A model generated the notes under the pieces. The model saw nothing but the letters and a program-made list of their open reading frames with translations, had not been told where the DNA came from and did no database searches. Both the position numbers and the translations under genes were made by a program. Below, piece after piece: positions 52,591 through 62,781 of a stretch of 64,000 nt of DNA. Within the stretch, counting starts at the first letter, position 1, and each line of letters opens with the position of its first letter. Source of the DNA: Eledone cirrhosa (lineage: Eukaryota); contig OZ024758.1 in the NCBI GenBank assembly GCA_964016885.1, positions 37,634,001-37,698,000 of the forward strand, read 5' to 3'.

Positions 52591-55500
52591 TCAGAAGTAA
52601 CTCCAATGTTGGTGAGAATTCATTTAAGTTCATGGTATTAGCTGTCAGAAGTAACTCCACTGTTGGTGAGAATTCATTTAAGTTCATGGTATTAGCTGTC
52701 AGAAGTAACTCCACTGTTGGTGAGAATTCATTTAAGTTCATGGTATTAGCTGTCAGAAGTAACTCCACTGTTGGTGAGAATTCATTTAAGTTCATGATAC
52801 TAGCTGTCAGAAGTAACTTCAATGTTGGTGAGAATTCATTTAAGTTCATGGTACTAGCTGTCAGAAGTAACTCCACTGTTGGTGAGAATTCATTTAAGTT
52901 CATGGTATTAGTTTGTCAGAAGTAACTCCACTGTTGGTGAGAATTCATTTAAGTCATGGTATTAGTTGTCAGAAGTAACTCCAATGTTGGTGAGAATTCA
53001 TTTAAGTTCATGGTATTAGCTGTCAGAAGGAACTCCACTGTTGGTGAGAATTCATTTAAGTTCATGGTATTAGCTGTCAGAAGGAACTCCAATGTTGGTG
53101 AGAATTCATTTAAGTCATGGTACTAGCTGTCAGAAGTAACTCCACTGTTGGTGAGAATTCATTTAAGTTCATGGTATTAGCTGTCAGAAGGAACGCCACT
53201 GTTGGTGAGAATTCATTTAAGTTCATGGTATTAGCTGTCAGAAGTAACTCCACTGTTGGTGAGAATTCATTTAAGTTCATGGTACTAGCTGTCAGAAGTA
53301 ACTCCAATGTTGGTGAGAATTCATTTAAGTTCATGGTATTAGCTGTCAGAAGGAACTCCACTGTTGGTGAGAATTCATTTAAGTTCATGGTATTAGCTGT
53401 CAGAAGTAACTCCACTGTTGGTGAGAATTCATTTAAGTCATGGTATTAGCTGTCAGAAGTAACTCCATTGTTGGTGAGAATTCATTTAAGTCATGGTACT
53501 AGCTGTCAGAAGTAACTCCAATGTTGGTGAGAATTCATTTAAGTCATGGTACTAGCTGTCAGAAGTAACTCCAATGTTGGTGAGAATTCATTTAAGTTCA
53601 TGGTATTAGCTGTCAGAAGGAACTCCACTGTTGGTGAGAATTCATTTAAGTTCATGGTATTAGCTGTCAGAAGGAACTCCAATGTTGGTGAGAATTCATT
53701 TAAGTCATGGTACTAGCTGTCAGAAGTAACTCCACTGTTGGTGAGAATTCATTTAAGTTCATGGTATTAGCTGTCAGAAGGAACGCCACTGTTGGTGAGA
53801 ATTCATTTAAGTTCATGGTATTAGCTGTCAGAAGTAACTCCACTGTTGGTGAGAATTCATTTAAGTCATGGTATTAGCTGTCAGAAGTAACTCCATTGTT
53901 GGTGAGAATTCATTTAAGTCATGGTACTAGCTGTCAGAACTAACTCCAATGTTGGTGAGAATTCATTTAAGTCATGGTACTAGCTGTCAGAAGTAACTCC
54001 AATGTTGGTGAGAATTCATTTAAGTTCATGGTATTAGCTGTCAGAAGGAACTCCACTGTTGGTGAGAATTCATTTAAGTTCATGGTATTAGCTGTCAGAA
54101 GTAACTCCACTGTTGGTGAGAATTCATTTAAGTTCATGGTATTAGCTGTCAGAAGTAACTCCACTGTTGGTGAGAATTCATTTAAGTTCATGGTACTAGC
54201 TGTCAGAAGTAACTCCAATGTTGGTGAGAATTCATTTAAGTTCATGGTATTAGCTGTCAGAAGTAACTCCACTGTTGGTGAGAATTCAGTTAAGTCATGG
54301 TATTAGCTGTCAGAAGTAACTCCAATGTTGGTGAGAATTCATTTAAGTTCATGGTATTAGCTGTCAGAGGTAACTCCACTGTTGGTGAGAAATCATTTAA
54401 GTTCATGGTATTAGCTGTCAGAAGTAACTCCACTGTTGGTGAGAATTCATTTAAGTTCATGGTACTGGCTGTCAGAAGTAACTCCACTGTTGGTGAGAAT
54501 TCATTTAAGTTCATGGTATTAGTTTGTCAGAAGTAACTCCACTGTTGGTGAGAATTCATTTAAGTCATGGTATTAGTTGTCAGAAGTAACTCCAATGTTG
54601 GTGAGAATTCATTTAAGTTCATGGTACTAGCTGTCAGAAGTAAATCCACTGTTGGTGAGAATTCATTTAAGTTCATGGTATTAGCTGTCAGAAGTAACTC
54701 CACTGTTGGTGAGAATTCATTTAAGTCATGGTATTAGCTGTCAGAAGTAACTCCAATGTTGGTGAGAATTCATTTATGTCATGGTACTAGCTGTCAGAAG
54801 TAACTCCAATGTTGGTGAGAATTCATTTAAGTTCATGGTATTAGCTGTCAGAAGTAACTCCACTGTTGGTGAGAATTCGTTTAAGTTCATGGTATTAGCT
54901 GTCAGAAGTAACTCCACTGTTGGTGAGAATTCATTTAAGTTCATGGTATTAGCTGTCAGAAGTAACTCCACTGTTGGTGAGAATTCATTTAAGTTCATGG
55001 TATTAGCTGTCAGAAGTAACTCCACTGTTGGTGAGAATTCATTTAAGTTCATGGTATTAGCTGTCAGAAGGAACTCCAATGTTGGTGAGAATTCATTTAA
55101 GTCATGGTACTAGCTGTCAGAAGTAACTCCACTGTTGGTGAGAATTCATTTAAGTTCATGGTATTAGCTGTCAGAAGGAACGCCACTGTTGGTGAGAATT
55201 CATTTAAGTTCATGGTATTAGCTGTCAGAAGTAACTCCACTGTTGGTGAGAATTCATTTAAGTTCATGGTACTAGCTGTCAGAAGTAACTCCAATGTTGG
55301 TGAGAATTCATTTAAGTTCATGGTATTAGCTGTCAGAAGGAACTCCACTGTTGCTGAGAATTCATTTAAGTTCATGGTATTAGCTGTCAGAAGTAACTCC
55401 ACTGTTGGTGAGAATTCATTTAAGTTCATGGTACTAGCTGTCAGAAGTAACTCCACTGTTGGTGAGAATTCATTTAAGTTCATGGTATCAGCTGTCAGAA

Positions 55501-58500
55501 GTCACTCCAATGTTGGTGAGAATTCATTTAGGTTCATGGTATTAGCTGTCAGAAGTCTCTCCACTGTTGGTGAGAATTCATTTAAGTTCATGGTACTAGC
55601 TGGCAGAAGTAACCCCAATGTTGGTGAGAATTCATTTAAGTTCATGGTATTAGCTGTCAGAAGTCACTCCAATGTTGGTGAGAATTCATTTAAGTTCATG
55701 GTATTAGCAGTCAGAAGTAACTCCACTGTTGGTGAGAATTCATTTATGTTCATGGTATTAGTTTGTCAGAAGTAACTCCACTGTTGGTGAGAATTCATTT
55801 AAGTCATGGTATTAGTTGTCAGAAGTAACTCCAATGTTGGTGAGAATTCATGTAAGTTCATGGTATTAGCTGTCAGAAGGAACTCCACTGTTGGTGAGAA
55901 TTCATTTAAGTTCATGGTATTAGCTGTCAGAAGGAACTCCAATGTTGGTGAGAATTCATTTAAGTCATGGTACTAGCTGTCAGAAGTAACTCCACTGTTG
56001 GTGAGAATTCATTTAAGTTCATGGTATTAGCTGTCAGAAGGAACGCCACTGTTGGTGAGAATTCATTTAAGTTCATGGTATTAGCTGTCAGAAGTAACTC
56101 CACTGTTGGTGAGAATTCATTTAAGTTCATGGTACTAGCTGTCAGAAGTAACTCCAATGTTGGTGAGAATTCATTTAAGTTCATGGTATTAGCTGTCAGA
56201 AGGAACTCCACTGTTGGTGAGAATTCATTTAAGTTCATGGTATTAGCTGTCAGAAGTAACTCCACTGTTGGTGAGAATTCATTTAAGTCATGGTATTAGC
56301 TGTCAGAAGTAACTCCATTGTTGGTGAGAATTCAATTAAGTCATGGTACTAGCTGTCAGAAGTAACTCCAATGTTGGTGAGAATTCATTTAAGTTCATGT
56401 TATTAGCTGTCAGAAGGAACTCCACTGTTGGTGAGAATTCATTTAAGTTCATGGTATTAGCTGTCAGAAGTAACTCCACTGTTGGTGAGAATTCATTTAA
56501 GTTCATGGTATTAGCTGTCAGAAGTAACTGCACCGTTGGTGAGAATTCATTTAAGTTCATGGTACTAGCTGTCAGAAGTAACTCCAATGTTGGTAAGAAT
56601 TCATTTAAGTTCATGGTATTAGCTGTCAGAAGTAACTCCACTGTTGGTGAGAATTCATTTAAGTTCATGGTATTAGCTGTCAGAAGTAACTCCACTGTTG
56701 GTGAGAATTCATTTAAGTTCATGGTACTAGCTGTCAGAAGTAACTCCAATGTTGGTGAGAATTCATTTAAGTTCATGGTATTAGCTGTCAGAAGGAACTC
56801 CACTGTTGGTGAGAATTCATTTAAGTTCATGGTATTAGCTGACAGAAGTCACTCCACTGTTGGTGAGAATTCATTTAAGTTCATGGTATTAGCTGTCAGA
56901 AGTCACTCCAATGTTGGTGAGAATTCATTTAGGTTCATGGTATTAGCTGTCAGAAGTCTCTCCACTGTTGGTGAGAATTCATTTAAGTTCATGGTACTAG
57001 CTGGCAGAAGTAACCCCAATGTTGGTGAGAATTCATTTAAGTTCATGGTATTAGCTGTCAGAAGTAACACCACTGTTGGTGAGAATTCATTTAAGTCCAT
57101 GGTATTAGCTGACAGAAGTCACTCCACTGTTGGTGAGAATTCATTTAAGTTCATGGTACTAGCTGTCAGAAGTAACTCCAATGTTGGTGAGAATTCATTT
57201 AAGTTCATGGTATTAGCTGTCAGAAGTAACTCCACTGTTGGTGAGAATTCATTTAAGTTCATGGTATTAGCTGTCAGAAGTAACTCCACTGTTGGTGAGA
57301 ATTCATTTAAGTTCATGGTATTAGCTGTCAGAAGTAACTCCACTGTTGGTGAGAATTCATTTAAGTTCATGATACTAGCTGTCAGAAGTAACTTCAATGT
57401 TGGTGAGAATTCATTTAAGTTCATGGTACTAGCTGTCAGAAGTAACTCCACTGTTGGTGAGAATTCATTTAAGTTCATGGTATTAGTTTGTCAGAAGTAA
57501 CTCCACTGTTGGTGAGAATTCATTTAAGTCATGGTATTAGTTGTCAGAAGTAACTCCAATGTTGGTGAGAATTCATTTAAGTTCATGGTATTAGCTGTCA
57601 GAAGGAACTCCACTGTTGGTGAGAATTCATTTAAGTTCATGGTATTAGCTGTCAGAAGGAACTCCAATGTTGGTGAGAATTCATTTAAGTCATGGTACTA
57701 GCTGTCAGAAGTAACTCCACTGTTGGTGAGAATTCATTTAAGTTCATGGTATTAGCTGTCAGAAGGAACGCCACTGTTGGTGAGAATTCATTTAAGTTCA
57801 TGGTATTAGCTGTCAGAAGTAACTCCACTGTTGGTGAGAATTCATTTAAGTTCATGGTACTAGCTGTCAGAAGTAACTCCAATGTTGGTGAGAATTCATT
57901 TAAGTTCATGGTATTAGCTGTCAGAAGGAACTCCACTGTTGGTGAGAATTCATTTAAGTTCATGGTATTAGCTGTCAGAAGTAACTCCACTGTTGGTGAG
58001 AATTCATTTAAGTCATGGTATTAGCTGTCAGAAGTAACTCCATTGTTGGTGAGAATTCATTTAAGTCATGGTACTAGCTGTCAGAAGTAACTCCAATGTT
58101 GGTGAGAATTCATTTAAGTCATGGTACTAGCTGTCAGAAGTAACTCCAATGTTGGTGAGAATTCATTTAAGTTCATGGTATTAGCTGTCAGAAGGAACTC
58201 CACTGTTGGTGAGAATTCATTTAAGTTCATGGTATTAGCTGTCAGAAGGAACTCCAATGTTGGTGAGAATTCATTTAAGTCATGGTACTAGCTGTCAGAA
58301 GTAACTCCACTGTTGGTGAGAATTCATTTAAGTTCATGGTATTAGCTGTCAGAAGGAACGCCACTGTTGGTGAGAATTCATTTAAGTTCATGGTATTAGC
58401 TGTCAGAAGTAACTCCACTGTTGGTGAGAATTCATTTAAGTCATGGTATTAGCTGTCAGAAGTAACTCCATTGTTGGTGAGAATTCATTTAAGTCATGGT

Positions 58501-61500
58501 ACTAGCTGTCAGAACTAACTCCAATGTTGGTGAGAATTCATTTAAGTCATGGTACTAGCTGTCAGAAGTAACTCCAATGTTGGTGAGAATTCATTTAAGT
58601 TCATGGTATTAGCTGTCAGAAGGAACTCCACTGTTGGTGAGAATTCATTTAAGTTCATGGTATTAGCTGTCAGAAGTAACTCCACTGTTGGTGAGAATTC
58701 ATTTAAGTTCATGGTATTAGCTGTCAGAAGTAACTCCACTGTTGGTGAGAATTCATTTAAGTTCATGGTACTAGCTGTCAGAAGTAACTCCAATGTTGGT
58801 GAGAATTCATTTAAGTTCATGGTATTAGCTGTCAGAAGTAACTCCACTGTTGGTGAGAATTCAGTTAAGTCATGGTATTAGCTGTCAGAAGTAACTCCAA
58901 TGTTGGTGAGAATTCATTTAAGTTCATGGTATTAGCTGTCAGAGGTAACTCCACTGTTGGTGAGAAATCATTTAAGTTCATGGTATTAGCTGTCAGAAGT
59001 AACTCCACTGTTGGTGAGAATTCATTTAAGTTCATGGTACTGGCTGTCAGAAGTAACTCCACTGTTGGTGAGAATTCATTTAAGTTCATGGTATTAGTTT
59101 GTCAGAAGTAACTCCACTGTTGGTGAGAATTCATTTAAGTCATGGTATTAGTTGTCAGAAGTAACTCCAATGTTGGTGAGAATTCATTTAAGTTCATGGT
59201 ACTAGCTGTCAGAAGTAAATCCACTGTTGGTGAGAATTCATTTAAGTTCATGGTATTAGCTGTCAGAAGTAACTCCACTGTTGGTGAGAATTCATTTAAG
59301 TCATGGTATTAGCTGTCAGAAGTAACTCCAATGTTGGTGAGAATTCATTTATGTCATGGTACTAGCTGTCAGAAGTAACTCCAATGTTGGTGAGAATTCA
59401 TTTAAGTTCATGGTATTAGCTGTCAGAAGTAACTCCACTGTTGGTGAGAATTCGTTTAAGTTCATGGTATTAGCTGTCAGAAGTAACTCCACTGTTGGTG
59501 AGAATTCATTTAAGTTCATGGTATTAGCTGTCAGAAGTAACTCCACTGTTGGTGAGAATTCATTTAAGTTCATGGTATTAGCTGTCAGAAGTAACTCCAC
59601 TGTTGGTGAGAATTCATTTAAGTTCATGGTATTAGCTGTCAGAAGGAACTCCAATGTTGGTGAGAATTCATTTAAGTCATGGTACTAGCTGTCAGAAGTA
59701 ACTCCACTGTTGGTGAGAATTCATTTAAGTTCATGGTATTAGCTGTCAGAAGGAACGCCACTGTTGGTGAGAATTCATTTAAGTTCATGGTATTAGCTGT
59801 CAGAAGTAACTCCACTGTTGGTGAGAATTCATTTAAGTTCATGGTACTAGCTGTCAGAAGTAACTCCAATGTTGGTGAGAATTCATTTAAGTTCATGGTA
59901 TTAGCTGTCAGAAGGAACTCCACTGTTGCTGAGAATTCATTTAAGTTCATGGTATTAGCTGTCAGAAGTAACTCCACTGTTGGTGAGAATTCATTTAAGT
60001 TCATGGTACTAGCTGTCAGAAGTAACTCCACTGTTGGTGAGAATTCATTTAAGTTCATGGTATCAGCTGTCAGAAGTCACTCCAATGTTGGTGAGAATTC
60101 ATTTAGGTTCATGGTATTAGCTGTCAGAAGTCTCTCCACTGTTGGTGAGAATTCATTTAAGTTCATGGTACTAGCTGGCAGAAGTAACCCCAATGTTGGT
60201 GAGAATTCATTTAAGTTCATGGTATTAGCTGTCAGAAGTCACTCCAATGTTGGTGAGAATTCATTTAAGTTCATGGTATTAGCAGTCAGAAGTAACTCCA
60301 CTGTTGGTGAGAATTCATTTATGTTCATGGTATTAGTTTGTCAGAAGTAACTCCACTGTTGGTGAGAATTCATTTAAGTCATGGTATTAGTTGTCAGAAG
60401 TAACTCCAATGTTGGTGAGAATTCATGTAAGTTCATGGTATTAGCTGTCAGAAGGAACTCCACTGTTGGTGAGAATTCATTTAAGTTCATGGTATTAGCT
60501 GTCAGAAGGAACTCCAATGTTGGTGAGAATTCATTTAAGTCATGGTACTAGCTGTCAGAAGTAACTCCACTGTTGGTGAGAATTCATTTAAGTTCATGGT
60601 ATTAGCTGTCAGAAGGAACGCCACTGTTGGTGAGAATTCATTTAAGTTCATGGTATTAGCTGTCAGAAGTAACTCCACTGTTGGTGAGAATTCATTTAAG
60701 TTCATGGTACTAGCTGTCAGAAGTAACTCCAATGTTGGTGAGAATTCATTTAAGTTCATGGTATTAGCTGTCAGAAGGAACTCCACTGTTGGTGAGAATT
60801 CATTTAAGTTCATGGTATTAGCTGTCAGAAGTAACTCCACTGTTGGTGAGAATTCATTTAAGTCATGGTATTAGCTGTCAGAAGTAACTCCATTGTTGGT
60901 GAGAATTCAATTAAGTCATGGTACTAGCTGTCAGAAGTAACTCCAATGTTGGTGAGAATTCATTTAAGTTCATGTTATTAGCTGTCAGAAGGAACTCCAC
61001 TGTTGGTGAGAATTCATTTAAGTTCATGGTATTAGCTGTCAGAAGTAACTCCACTGTTGGTGAGAATTCATTTAAGTTCATGGTATTAGCTGTCAGAAGT
61101 AACTGCACCGTTGGTGAGAATTCATTTAAGTTCATGGTACTAGCTGTCAGAAGTAACTCCAATGTTGGTAAGAATTCATTTAAGTTCATGGTATTAGCTG
61201 TCAGAAGTAACTCCACTGTTGGTGAGAATTCATTTAAGTTCATGGTATTAGCTGTCAGAAGTAACTCCACTGTTGGTGAGAATTCATTTAAGTTCATGGT
61301 ACTAGCTGTCAGAAGTAACTCCAATGTTGGTGAGAATTCATTTAAGTTCATGGTATTAGCTGTCAGAAGGAACTCCACTGTTGGTGAGAATTCATTTAAG
61401 TTCATGGTATTAGCTGACAGAAGTCACTCCACTGTTGGTGAGAATTCATTTAAGTTCATGGTATTAGCTGTCAGAAGTCACTCCAATGTTGGTGAGAATT

Positions 61501-61619
61501 CATTTAGGTTCATGGTATTAGCTGTCAGAAGTCTCTCCACTGTTGGTGAGAATTCATTTAAGTTCATGGTACTAGCTGGCAGAAGTAACCCCAATGTTGG
61601 TGAGAATTCATTTAAGTTC
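52470..61619 (+). repeat. Tandem duplication of an 85-monomer, 4575-bp unit (52470-57044, 57045-61619)
   Basis: ORFs 53117/57692, 53974/58549, 54297/58872, 54781/59356, 55104/59679, 55967/60542 and 56343/60918 are all offset by 4575 with matching translations. Both copies start with the AACACCAC...AAGTCCATG monomer. Confidence 0.95.
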
Positions 61620-62781
61620 ATGGTATTAGCTGTCAGAAGTCACTCCAATGTTTGTGAGAATTCATTTAAGTTCATGGTATTAGCAGTCAGAAGTAACTCC
61701 ACTGTTGGTGAGAATTCATTTATGTTCATGGTATTAGTTTGTCAGAAGTAACTCCACTGTTGGTGAGAATTCATTTAAGTCATGGTATTAGTTGTCAGAA
61801 GTAACTCCAATGTTGGTGAGAATTCATGTAAGTTCATGGTATTAGCTGTCAGAAGGAACTCCACTGTTGGTGAGAATTCATTTAAGTTCATGGTATTAGC
61901 TGTCAGAAGGAACTCCAATGTTGGTGAGAATTCATTTAAGTCATGGTACTAGCTGTCAGAAGTAACTCCACTGTTGGTGAGAATTCATTTAAGTTCATGG
62001 TATTAGCTGTCAGAAGGAACGCCACTGTTGGTGAGAATTCATTTAAGTTCATGGTATTAGCTGTCAGAAGTAACTCCACTGTTGGTGAGAATTCATTTAA
62101 GTTCATGGTACTAGCTGTCAGAAGTAACTCCAATGTTGGTGAGAATTCATTTAAGTTCATGGTATTAGCTGTCAGAAGGAACTCCACTGTTGGTGAGAAT
62201 TCATTTAAGTTCATGGTATTAGCTGTCAGAAGTAACTCCACTGTTGGTGAGAATTCATTTAAGTCATGGTATTAGCTGTCAGAAGTAACTCCATTGTTGG
62301 TGAGAATTCAATTAAGTCATGGTACTAGCTGTCAGAAGTAACTCCAATGTTGGTGAGAATTCATTTAAGTTCATGTTATTAGCTGTCAGAAGGAACTCCA
62401 CTGTTGGTGAGAATTCATTTAAGTTCATGGTATTAGCTGTCAGAAGTAACTCCACTGTTGGTGAGAATTCATTTAAGTTCATGGTATTAGCTGTCAGAAG
62501 TAACTGCACCGTTGGTGAGAATTCATTTAAGTTCATGGTACTAGCTGTCAGAAGTAACTCCAATGTTGGTGAGAATTCATTTAAGTTCATGGTATTAGCT
62601 GTCAGAAGTAACTCCACTGTTGGTGAGAATTCATTTAAGTTCATGGTATTAGCTGTCAGAAGTAACTCCACTGTTGGTGAGAATTCATTTAAGTTCATGG
62701 TACTAGCTGTCAGAAGTAACTCCAATGTTGGTGAGAATTCATTTAAGTTCATGGTATTAGCTGTCAGAAGGAACTCCACTG
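60057..62781 (+). repeat. Duplication with 1401-bp (26-monomer) period
   Basis: ORF offsets 60542/61943 and 60918/62319, and ORF ends 60350/61751, are 1401. Markers TCAATTAAG, ATGTTATTAGC and AACTGCACCG repeat. Confidence 0.88.
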
